NCBI GenBank assembly: GCA_016748015.1
Contig: JAAOMT010000098.1
Location: 127,368-191,367 of the forward strand
Source: Geosiphon pyriformis uo1
Lineage: Eukaryota; Fungi; Glomeromycota
Reading direction: 5' to 3'
Length of the DNA stretch: 64,000 nt
The position numbers were made by a program, and so were the translations under genes. The notes beneath the pieces are model-generated. The model made no database searches. It was not told the DNA's origin and worked only from the letters and a program-made list of their open reading frames with translations. This document shows positions 24,901 to 37,300 of the stretch, piece after piece; the stretch's first letter is position 1; each line of letters opens with the position of its first letter.

Positions 24901-26607
24901 AGTGTTAGTTTTTTAAATAATTTCTTAGCAGGTGTGGTTTGTATTTTTTCCGAATATGATCTGTCTCTGGCCTGTGCTTTCCATCATCGAAGTGGTACTC
25001 CTATGTTTCTTGTTCTTGGTAAAATCAATTTTCTAAAATGTGTCTCTTCATTCAAGCGATATGGTATTGCTTTTGTGGAACAATTACACAATCAAAATGG
25101 TGTTGTTTTCAGTTGGCAGACGTTTAAGTGTTGGAAGAGGTTGGATCCCTGTGGCCCGATTCCTTTCTGGTTTGATTTTTCTGCATGTTTTCTTGGTGGT
25201 GTTGCTTCTTCTCCTGTGTGCTTCTCTTTTGTAAGGAATTCTGCTCTGCCTGATGTTCATTAATCTCATGATTTTGGTGTTATCTATAATGATCTGTTGG
25301 TTACTGACACTGCCTGTCTTTTTGTGTACATGGATGGGTCTCTGAGTGGTTTGAGAACTGTTGTCATGAAAGCTGGGGCTGTGATCTTTTTTGAGGACAT
25401 TAATTCTGGTTTAAGTGTGGGGGTGTCTGGTTTGGTTTCTTCTACTTTGTCTGAATTACAGGCCATTGCTTTGGTTCTTGAGTGTGTTCCTTCCTCTTGT
25501 GCAGTTGATTTGTTTTTAGATAGCCAAGTTGTTTTGGATGCATGCAAGTTGGAATTATTATTGGCTCATCCAGACTTCAGAAATTGTTGTTGGATAGAAC
25601 ATTGCTATATTGCAAATGTAGTTTATCATAAGAATTTAACTGTAAATTGGATTAAAGTTAAGAGTCATTTGGACATTTTGGGCAATAAGCGTGTGGATGA
25701 GCTTACTAAGAATGCAGTACTTTCTACTTGGCATTTGCCCCATTTGGTCAGTGAATGTTTTTTGAGGGCTGGGGACAGTATGGTTTCTGGAAATTCTAGG
25801 CACTTTGTTCGTGATGTGTTTTGGTTTATTTTTTGTGCACATTGAGAGGTTGATTTTGGTTTCCGGATCTTGGTGGCTGGTTTGCATAATAGTGTTAACT
25901 GATCTAAGTCTTCTTTGGTTTGGCACCCTGATTCTCACTTGGCTGCTGGTTTTACTAGTGCATGTACTGTTGGCCTTTGGACATACTTTATGAAATCTCT
26001 CTATTATCGGCTTCCTATTGCTGTTTATAAGTGTTTGTATGATAAATGCTACCCCAGTGTAGTGTGTTTGTTCTGTGATGATGTGGAATTCTTGGATCAT
26101 GTCTTTGTTTGTCCTTTTGATGCTGCTGGTTGTGCTCAGTTGTTGAATGTTCATGCATCTTTTTGGGAAATGTGGTCTGGTCTCTTTCGCTCTACTTCGT
26201 ATATCTCATAGTTGTTGTCCTCTTGTTTTTCTGATACTACTATTAGTATTACTTTGTATAAGGGTTTTGTTTTCGATGATTGGTACTGTGAATTTTTTTT
26301 GGTCTTTAAGAATGCTAAGATTGTAGCTTCGAATATTGTGTGTTTTGTGTGCAAGTTTTGCTTTGCATTTCATGATAAGTTTTGGCTGGTCTGTGCTAAA
26401 CACTAAGCTTTTATGGAGAGAAATAGACTTATTCTTCATAATGGTTCCATTCCTGCCCTGGTTTCTGGTTTACCTATGGTGCTTTCGGCTGGTGTGATCA
26501 GGTTGTTGGGTGTTGTTGAAGCTTTTGGTATTGGTTTCAGTTTTTATAAACCTTGTTTGTTTTTTTCAGGTATAGGGGATTTTGTTTCTATTAGGATAGG
26601 TACGTAG
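21972..26607 (+). pseudogene. LINE ORF2: APE endonuclease, reverse transcriptase, RNase H, zinc finger
   Basis: ATCNVRG, TETK, ILGGDFN, TINYVF..TNH (EN); PIALIET, LQNMCKAYDSV, YLGIF (RT); YMDGS, ELQAI, DSQ, KSH..GNKRVD (RNase H); CLFC..DHVFVC. Stops and frameshifts; catalytic xVDD motif deleted near 24255. Confidence 0.93.
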
Positions 26608-27194
26608 TATTGTTTTGATTAGCTTGAATGGCTGGTCACTTGTAGAAAAAGCATGATTTGCTTCTAGTTTAGATTATTTATATGATATATAGTCTTAAGT
26701 CATGTTTGGATCTCACTCATTAAATGTAATAAAAAAAAAATAATTTATTATGATTTTTTATAATTAACAATAATATAAAATTAATAATTTAATATATTTT
26801 TACATTATTTATATATATTTTAATATATTTTTAAACATATTTAAAAACAATCAAATTTTTTTAATTTATTATTAAGTTTTTAAAAAATATTAATAATAAT
26901 TTTTAGAAACAATAAAAAAATAATTAATATTAAATTATATATTATTATTAATAAAAAATAAAATTATTAATTAACATAAAATTATTTTATATATTTTTTA
27001 TTAACAATTAGTATATATTATTATTTTAAATTATTATTTATTATTTTATTAAATTATTGAATATTATTATTAATTAATAATTACTTTTTATAATCATTAA
27101 AAAACTTCTTACAAGTAAATTAAATGAGCTTTAAATAATAATAAATAGATATTAATATTATTAAAAAAAAAAAAAAATATTAAGAAGAAAAAAA

Positions 27195-30100
27195 CTTCTT
27201 TTTTTCTTACATTCACAAATTCTCAAAAAGTGCTTTTCTGAAAAAAAAGTTTTTTATTGTATTTTCCTTGTTAGTATTTCACAATTTTTTTTTCTAATAA
27301 CCCATTTTTCGTGAATCTAAAAGCTACTTCTAATAGCAACATATCTAAAAAAAAGGCATCAAAGAGTGCTTTTTATGGTCTTGCAGGTGGCTTCTTTTCA
27401 CAGAAGAAAAAGGTTGTGCTTGGGAATATTAAACATTCTGGTGATGAAAAAGATATCTCTCTGAACAAGTCTGAGCCTAGTAAAAATGTGTTTTCTAATG
27501 TGAATAGTCTGTCTGGTGATGAAAAAGTTTCTATTATAACTAGTATTAATGTTGGGTCTCTTCTGAATTCAGCTGCCAACACTTCTAAAACAAAGTGTGT
27601 TAATACTGGTGTTGCTTTTGGTTCCCTATTTGGTTCTCCTAACTTTAACATAAACAATAAAAAAAAAGTGTCTCTTCTTTTTTACCTCTCTATCTCTCTG
27701 GATAAGAAGTGGGTTGATCTCAAAATTGTCAAAACTCAGATAAAGGTCTCAGTTAGGCAATCATTTGCTTTGAACATTAATCTCTTAGCTGTAGAAGGGA
27801 AATTGGTGATAGCAAAAACCCAAATTATTAGAAAAATTTTTTCAACTATCAATGGTTTTGGGGAGCCACTACTCTTTCAAAATTTGAAGAAATTATTTGA
27901 TTGACATTTACTTCAGAAAAAAGCATGAAAATGGCTGTATCATTGGCTAGAAAAAAAAGGATCAACATAAACAGTAATCTAAAAAGACAAGGAATAAGAT
28001 CAGATCAGACTATGATAATTAAGGAAATTTCCATGAACACACTTAAAGATATAATCATTGCTGTAGTATCTGAATTTGGGAAAATTAGGTTAATCAAAAT
28101 TCAACTGATTGGAATGTGGCAAAAAGCTGTGATGGAGTTTGCTGAATTGGACCAAGCTAATTTGTTAACCTTTAAGTGGTCATTTCTGATTGGTAAGGAT
28201 TCTGTATGTGTAGTTAAAACAGTAGAAGATTGTGAGACTTGAGCATTAAGAGATCAGTTCAGAACACTTTTGTTTACTTTGCCAGTGAGAACAATGGCAC
28301 ATGATTTTGGGACTCTTTTGGAGAGGGCTGGTGGAAAAACTTGTGTCATAAACAGATCTTTGAAAACTGGTAATAAAATTTACTATGCTGTAGTTGGTTT
28401 TGAATTTGATAATGATTTGGAATCTGTTTTTTGCATGAAGCCGATTCTTGGTGGCATTAAACTTTCTTGGGCAAAGATGAATCTGGTTTAGTGTGAAAAA
28501 TATGGGAATTTTGGTCATTCTGCTCTGAAATGTAATGCAACTGTTGCATCCGCCTTTAAGCCTTTAAGAATATTTAAAAAAATTGCATTTAATGAATGTT
28601 GTCTTCAGTTGGCTAAGTTGTATAAGAAAAAAAGTGTTCCAATATTCCACTCTGCTGCCTTTGGTAGTAAATTTTGGGCCCAGGTGGTCTCACTTGCTGG
28701 TTCTTCTGATGGTCTTCACTTTGCTTCTGGTTTTGGTTTCTTTTTTTTTGGCACCTCAGGTTTGAATAATGGTCTCACTTCTGTCTTGGTTGACAATTTG
28801 TCTTTGAATACACATTTGGCCTCTTTGGAATGATTCTTGAAGCTGTTAACCAACCAAGTTTCTGGCATTGTGCACAAACTCAGCAACATAAAATTGGTGC
28901 CGTAAGCTTCAGCTTCCTTCCTATAATCTCAGATAATTTGATTACCTCCAAGGAAGATTTGGTTTTGGATATAGTTATGGATGATTTTGAGTTGGTATTT
29001 TCATCCTCTTTTTCTGCTTTTCTTAGTGTCTTAACATTGGGTTTGAGTAGTTCAAAAGTTTTTACAACCAAGATTGGCAATTTGGAATCTAAGTTGGTGG
29101 CTCTTGAGACTTCTGTTAGTTCAGTTTTGACAAAGTTAGATTATTTGTGTGCCAGTTTGGGTTCTTTGTTACCCTCTTTATCTCAATGAGTAATTTGATC
29201 TGGAAAATAGCTACATGTAATGTTCAGGACATCAACATTCTTGCCAAGCAGAAAAATGTTATTCATTGGTATAAGAATATGGGCAACTTAATTTTGATCT
29301 TTACTGAGACTAAATTAAAAGATAAAGTCCATCCGTGGATTGCTGGCAAATTTAAAGGTGTCTGTATGTTCACTTCTGGTTTGAATTTTGAGTATTTGGG
29401 TACTGGTGTTATAGTTGTCATGGACTTTTTTTTGGCAAAACATGTATGCAAGATTTCTGAAATGTCTAGTTGGCTTCTATCCATTAGATTGCTTTTCAAA
29501 AATAAACTTTCTGTGTCTGTCTTAGGGCTGTATGTTGGTGCTTTGTCTATAGTTCGGTTTTTACAGACTGGGAGAATCAACTCTCTTATTGCAAAAGCTG
29601 CTAATAGATCTTCTTTTATCATCTTTGGTGGTGACTTCAATGAAGATAGTTTAAAAAGAAGTGCTAGTTTTAAGAAATGTGTTAATTTGGGGCTGATCAA
29701 TTCTTTGGTGAATAGTTTGGTCATAAAGAGTTTCACATAAAGAAATTCAAAGAGTGTAGATAAAACAATTGATTTTGTATTGGTTTTATCAAATTTGGTC
29801 AGTGCAATAGTTGATCACAATATTATGGATGTTTGCGATTACTTTGACACTGATCATTAAGCTGTTTCTGTATCTGTGAGTTTGGGTAGTTTACTAGACA
29901 CTTAGTTGAACTCTTTTCATAGGCAAGCAAATAAGAATTGCTGGAAGTTTGATTTTAAAGATGCTAATAATGCTAAGTGGGGCGAGTTTAAAGAAGCTAT
30001 GACAGCCAATACTGCCATGCTCTCTGATGGTTTTATTATTTCTGCACAATTCTTGGACTTGGACATGATGTGGAATACAATTCACAAAATTATAACACTG

Positions 30101-33100
30101 TCAGCTAACAAAATATTCAGGAAGAAATGGTCTAAGAGTTATAATAGTGTTTTTACCAAAGAATTTTCTAAGTTTTATAAGCTGGAGCTTTTGGTCTCGA
30201 AAATTGCTAAGGCTTTTCATGAGGAAGATATTGATAGGTTTGCTCTTTTTATGAAATACTGAGATTTTTTGGACAATATTAGGGCTTCAATTGTGCAGAA
30301 AATTGTGACCTTTAGTGCGGGTTTTGATTGTATGCACTCAGCTCTTTTCAGTGTGTGAAAGACATATCGTGTCTCCAAGCTTGCTGAGTCTTTGCAAGCT
30401 GAAAAGTTGCAGATAAGGTCAGCTGTTAATAGTCGAATAGAAAATTTTGCAACCAACAAAAGTAGCACAATCAGGAGCGTGCTGAAGTGCCTTTTTTGAA
30501 AGGTGGTTTTGAATCATCTAGTAGTTGAGAATGAACTAATTCTGGAGTCTAACTTAGTTAAAACCAAAATTGATATAATTATGGAAGGCTGGACCAGAAA
30601 ACGTAATGTGGTAGGGGATTTTTTTGATGATTGGTCACATCAATATCAGCCTTTGGAGTATGTTTTTGATGATGCTTTTTCAAATGTGATGTATTTAGTT
30701 AATTTTGATAAGCTACTTGGGGTGATTTCTAATCTGCCTGATGGCAAAGCTGTCAATCTTTCTGGGGTGTTAAATGAGCTTTGGAAACATTGTAACAAAT
30801 TGGTTTTGATATGCTTTTGGTGTTTTTAAACTTCTGTTTGTCTAGTAAGTCAGTGCTTGGTGCTTGGAAAAAAGCTTGGGTCTTGATGATTCCTAAACCA
30901 TATGAGTGAAAAGAAGTTTTTATAAACATCAGACCTATTGCTTTGGTCGAAACTGTTCACAAAATCTTTTTCAAGATTCTTTTGGACAAGATTTCTTTGG
31001 CATATAGCTCTTTTGATGTTTTATGTAAGGACAATTTCTTGGTTCTTAAGAGTACGATAATGCAATCTCCTATTTTTGTCATTGGTTCTATTATTGAGAA
31101 TGCTTTGAAAAAAAACCATGGACTCTGGTTGGTCTTGTAGAACATGCAAAAGATCTACAATTCTGTTAAGTAGAAGCATCTTAAGAACAGTTTGGTCAAA
31201 ATAAAGATGTGCGACAAGTTCATTAGATTTTTTGGTGACATTTATAATGGCCATATTAATAGAGTAATAACAAATTTTGGTTTGACAGATGAATATCAAG
31301 TACATAATGGTTTGGATTAGAGGAAAGTGTTCTCATTGCTTTTTTGGTATATATTTTATGATCCTCTTTTGTGTAAAGTCAAAAGACAGGAAAGCATATA
31401 TGAATATAGAATGAACTCTTACTTTATTGCCAGAATTGGTTATTTGGAATTTCAAACTGGATTAATGTCTTTTTTTACTGGTGGTGTTTTTGTTGATAAC
31501 ACAATCTAGATTGGTAACAGCCAAACTGCAACCCAACACATTTTCGATGTTGCTAGTGAATTTTTTTAAATCAATAATATTTCTATTAACAATGACAAAA
31601 CTGTGGCAATTTCTATTAATTGCAAAGTGGCAAGTCTTAAGTTGTCTATCAGTGGCTTGCCTATTTCTATTGCCAAGAAAAGAGAGTCTCATTACTACCT
31701 GGAAATTTTTTTGTTGACTGAGGGTCTGTCAAGGCCTAGCTTGACTAAAGCAGATACTGATATCAGATTTTTTGCCAATCTGGTTCTAAAGAAAGCTATT
31801 TCTGATAAGCAGTTTTCGTATCTTGTGTCAGCAGTTCTACATCTTATTGTCAGCTACAGGAAACAGTTCAGTTTTGTTCCTATCAATATGTGTAATAAGT
31901 GAGATTCTTTGATTTGTAGAAGCTTAAAACTGAAGTCTGGTCTATCTCTCAATTTTCCCAATGACGTGTTTTGTCATCCCTTATTGTATGGCTTAAAAAC
32001 TTTCAAGCAAATCCAAGCTGAAAGCAAAGTTGCTTCTGTTGTGTACTTTGTAAACTCTGTTGAGATTTTGGGTTGTTTGTTTTTATACAGGTCTCATGAC
32101 TTGCAAGTTCTGTTTTGGAGCCCATTCCACTTTTTGGCATCCCCAATTCATATCAGAGTCAGTGCTTCTAATAATTTTTTGGCAGGTGTGGTTCATATTT
32201 TTTTTGAATGCGGTCTGTTTTTGAGTGGTCAAGTGACCAATTTTTTCCATTTTTATGGTAGTACTCCCATGTTATCTGTTTTTGGTAGGTCTGATTACTT
32301 TAGATTTCTTCTATCTTTTCAAAGATATGGTGTTGCTTTTGTTGAACAACTTTGCTATAAGAGTGGAACTGTTTTTGATTAGAGAACATTCAAGCATTGG
32401 AAAAAACTGGACTCATATGGCCCTGTTCCTAAATGGTTTAGGCTTTTTATTAACTTTCTTGATAGTGTAGTCTCTTTCCCTACACATTTTTCATCTGTAA
32501 TTGGTACTGAGTATTTGGATATTTTGGAATCTAGTAAGTTTGAACTGATTTATAATCAGTTGCTAGGTCTCAAAACTGACAGCATTTTTGTTTATACACA
32601 TGGATCTCTGAAGAGCTTGGGGAGTGTTGACATAAGAGCTGGTGCTATGGTTTTTTTTGAAGATATAAGCTTGGGTTTGGAGATCAAAGTTTCTGGTTTG
32701 ATGTCTTTTACTTTGGCTGAATTGCAGGCCATTGTGTTGGCTTTTGAGTGTGTCTCTCCTAATAGCTTGGTTGGTGTTTATTCGGACAGTCAGGTTGTTT
32801 TGGATGCTTGCAAATCAGAATTAGGTATAGTTTATTCAGATTTTAGGAATTGCTGTTGGGTTGAGCATTAGCACATTGTGAACATTATTAAAAAAAAAGA
32901 TTTGAGTGTTAGCTGGCACAAAGTACAGGGTCATTCAGGTGTTATGGGCAATGAATTTGCTAATGCACTTGCCGATACAATGTCTCTTTCTCCCTGGTGT
33001 CTTGTTCTGCATGTAAAAAAATGTTATATTTTAGCTGATGAGAATGTTGTTTTTAATAATTCTAGATATTTTGTTTGTGGGGTCTTTCAGTCTATTCATT

Positions 33101-34006
33101 GTGCATGCTGAGAGATCAGTTCAGGTTCTAGGATTTTGGATAGCAGTCTGTGTTCAGATGTTGATTGGTTTAGTTCATCATTGGTGTGGCATTCAGACTT
33201 GCACATGGCTGCTGGCTTCACTAGTAAATTCATAACTGGTGTTTGCACATATTTCATAAAAGCTTTACACCATTGGCTGCCAGTTACTGTTTGGAAGTGA
33301 TTGTATAACAGATGCTATTCCAGTGTATTGTGTTTGTATTGTGGCAAGGGCAAGATTTTTGACCATGCTTTTTCTTGTGCAGTAAATAATTCTGTTTGTT
33401 GTCACTTGTTAGATGCTCACATTGTTGCTTGGGGCCTTTTTTCTGGTCTTTCTATCTCCTCTTTAAATGTTTCTTAATTTTTATCTTTCTGTGCTTCAAA
33501 TGTCACGGTTTGTATGGCTCTTTGCAAGGACTTTGTTTTTAAGAATTGGCTTCAGAAAGCTGTGTCTGTCTTTGAAGATGCCAAAATAACTAGTCAAAAG
33601 GTTGTGGAGTTTGTGTGTAACTTATGTTTTGCCTTTAGGGATAAGATTTGGTTGGTTCATGCTAAGCATTGTGCCTGCATAAAAAAAAGTAGAATGATAC
33701 CTTATGACGGTTTGGCTTTAGTTTCAATTTTAGGGCTGTTTGCATTGCTTTCTGCAAGTGTTGTTAGGTTGCTGGATATTGCTAAGACAATTGATATTGG
33801 TTTTGGTTTCTGTAAATCTTGTTTGTTTTTTACAAGTGTTGGAGACTCAGTCTTGGTACATATAGGTGTTTAGTGTGGTCTTGACTGGCCCAAGTGGCTG
33901 GTTGTGTGTAGAAAATGCATAATTTATGTCTAGTTTAGATCAGTTAATTGATATATTATACTAGGTAGTGTTTAGACCTCACTTGTGAAATGTAAAAAAA
34001 AAAAAA
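27195..34006 (+). mobile_element. LINE copy 3, full length, with a different 5' UTR and ORF1
   Basis: ORF1 27311-29189, ORF2 29186-33873 (ATCNVQD, GGDFN, FVDN, KVQGHSGVMGNEFAN), poly(A) 33994-34006. Confidence 0.95.
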
Positions 34007-34348
34007 TTATTAAAATAAATAATTATTAATTTTTAAAAAAGTTCAGCATAGACAACATTCATAAATTATTAAAATATTGCTTGTATATTATATAATTTAA
34101 AATATATTACATTAAATTTATAATTTTTTTCTTGAATAATAAAAGCTGTTTTTAGATAATCTTTAGAATTTATTATAATTTTTAGTATTTACTTTTCAGA
34201 TTTAATGTTGAAAAATATTTTAATCTTCTAAAAGCATCTAATATATTATTAATTTTAGATAAAAGATAAGCATTTTTAATTATAACATTATTTAATTAAC
34301 AATATTTAACACAAAAATAATTTTTTTTTTTTTAACAAAAACTATTAA

Positions 34349-37300
34349 GCTTTCCTTTACCCAAAATTTCTAAAAAAAGTCAAAAAAGTTTTTTAAAAAA
34401 AGTTTTTTACTATTCAGTATGATAAATTTAAATCATTTTTGCTTAATTATAAAACTATTGTTGGTTTTAGTATTGCTATTATAAAAAAGACTGTTAAAAA
34501 TTTCAGTTTAGCTGATAGTTTCAAATCTGTGCTGTCAAGAAAGAAGAGAAAAGATAGTACTTTGAAAGATAATGTTAAGACTAAGGAAGTTTCTGCTAAA
34601 ATATTGAATGATTGTTTTTGGAATTTAAAAACTGGTAATACCATTGAATCTGATAGTATTGACATGAAAAAGAAGTGTCTGATTGAGGAAACCAGTTTTG
34701 ATTATGGTAATGGGACCACTTTTGTTGGCAAAAATGCCAATTAAATATCAAAAAGCTTGTATATTAAAACCAAAAAGACATTGAAAAAACCATTAAACAA
34801 AATAAATTTTTTGAGTGATGGTAATAATAATAATATTCTGTTAGATATCTTATTGATTCTTCTTTTTTTCTTGAAGAATTTAGTTGTTGTTCCCATTAAA
34901 AAGTCATTTACTTTAGATATTGATTTAGATAAAGTATTTAGGAAGTTTTCTTAAGAAAAGCTTGCAGTAGTTAGCAGATTATTTTCAAAAGTCAATGGTT
35001 TTGGAAGAGTTTTTACTCTTTTAAAATTTGCTGGGATTATCAAAGCAATATTTACTTTTAATATGACAAAAATAGTAAAAATTTTAATAAATATTAATCT
35101 CAAAAAATTTCTTAAGCATTCAGATCAGACTGTAGTTGTAAAAAAAATTTCAATTAGAATGTTGACTAAGACTGTATACATTACACTATCTGAGTTTAGA
35201 GTGATTAAGTCAATCAATATGTAATTGGTGAAGCTATAGTAAAAAGCTGTGATAGAATTTAAGTATTTAGATTATGCTAATTTGATTACAACTAAATAGT
35301 CTGTTTTAATTAAAAAAGATGCTATGTAAATTGTCAAGGCTAATTTGAACAAGAAAATATAAGACACAAGAGATTATTATAGACCACTGCTCTACATTTT
35401 ACCAATAGAAACTAATGTTTATAACATATAAAACTTTATTAATTCTATTAGTAAAAAAACATATGTTATCAATTATTATCTAGTTTTATATATTCAAGCC
35501 AGATTTGCTACTGTTAGCTTTAATTCTGCTAAATTATTGGATGCTATTGTAAAAATCATATTAATACTTAAGGATGTCAATTTATATTGATAACATTTGA
35601 GTTTTTCTAAGTGTGCTAAGTATAAGAAATTTGGTTATATATTATTGGGCTGTTCTACAAATAAAAAAACTTTTTCTGGTGGTCTATCTCATAGAATATT
35701 ATCAAAAAAAGATAAAAGCAGACTGGCATCCATCTATGCTAAATGTTCAGTGCCAATTGTTTGTCCTGTTTTTTTTGGTAGTATCTTTTGGACCAAAATT
35801 GTTGGTGGATTTTCTTTCTATTTTTTTTCTGCACAAAATGGTTTTGTTAATTTTGGTTCCTTTTTAGAAATAAAGCCTACCTTATTGGTATTTGTAGAAT
35901 TAGACAATAGATTTGCTACTTTTGAATGCAGTTTTGACAGTCTTATAAAGCAAATTGTTAAGTTGGCTAAGAAGTTAGATGTATTTGAATCAATAGTTTC
36001 TTAGTTTAGTCTTGGATGTTAGCCATTGATGACACCTTTATCACAAAATCAAGAAGTGAATATAGTAATAAGTGAAAACTTAAGTATACCCATTAGTGTT
36101 GAGACTATTATAGAAGTAATAAATATTAATCTTTTAGTTGTTTCAAAATTAAAAAAAACTTTAAACAATTTGTCAAACATAGTTATGAGTCTATTAACCA
36201 GAATGAACAAAGCTGGTTTGGGCTCTAGCACTTGTTTTTCTCAATAACTAATTTTATTTAAAAGATGGCTATATGTAATATTAAAGATATAAACAATCTT
36301 GTTAAGTAAGCTGATGTTATTTGTTAGCATAAAAATATAAACAATTTAATTTTAATTATTACTAAAACAAATTTAAAAAATAGGATTTGTCTGTAAATCA
36401 TAAACAAATTTGATAATATCCAAGTATTTATTTTTATTATGGAGTCTGGTTATTTGAGTTCTGGTATTGTGATTATTATAAACATTAATTTGGCAAAATA
36501 TGTGTACAAAATTTCAGAAGTTGTTGGTTAGTTCTTGTTTATTAGACTGCTTTTCAAAAATAAGTTGTCTGTTTCAATTTTGGAGCCATACACTAGTGCC
36601 ATTTTAGCTGTATGTTTGTTTCAAGTTAGTGAAATCAACTCTTTGATTGCAAAAGCTGTGAATGAGTGCTTTTTTATTATCTTAAATAGAAACTTCAATG
36701 AAGATAATTTGTGCAAATGTGCTAATTTCAAGAAATGCTTCTATTTAAGATTAATTAATTCTTTGTTAGTAAGTTTGGGTAGTTTATTAAATGTGCAGTT
36801 AAACTTTCTTTACAAGCAAGTAAATAGAAATTGTTAAAAGTTCAATTTCAGAAGTGTTAATAATATCAAGTAAACCAAGTTCAAAAAAGCTACAGTAGCT
36901 AATACTGCTATGTTTTCTGATAAGTTTATAATATTTAAGGGGTCTTTGGATCTGAATGCAATATAGGATGCTGTTCATAAAATATTGTTTCTATTAGCTA
37001 ATAAAACTTTTAAAAAAATATGGTTCAAAGACTATAACAATATTTTTATTAAGAAATTGTCCAGATTTCACAGACTGAAACTTTTGGTGTCTAAAATTGT
37101 TAAAGCCTTTTATCTGATTTTTTGTGATAAGTTTGTGTTATTAATTGATATATAAGATGGTCTTGATACTGTTAATGCTTCTGTAGTGAAATTTTTTTTT
37201 CTTTTGGGGTCTTATTTTAATGCCATTAGATCAGTTTTAGCTAGGGTTAAGAAGACTTATTATTTGTCTAAGATGTTGAAATTAAAGCATGCTAAAAAGT

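Larger units (their letters stand above)
19916..26740 (+). mobile_element. LINE copy 2, full length, least decayed
   Basis: ORF1 20040-21975 (CTQCTHFGHITANC knuckle), ORF2 21972-26607, poly(A) 26731-26740. Approximate TSD aaaaaaataa(g)tttatt. Confidence 0.96.

Noticed and set aside
33874-33993. HDV-like or hammerhead ribozyme identity for the 3' element
   Set aside because: No P3/L3 inside the P1 loop and no CUGANGA/GAAA core found; kept as an unclassified structure.
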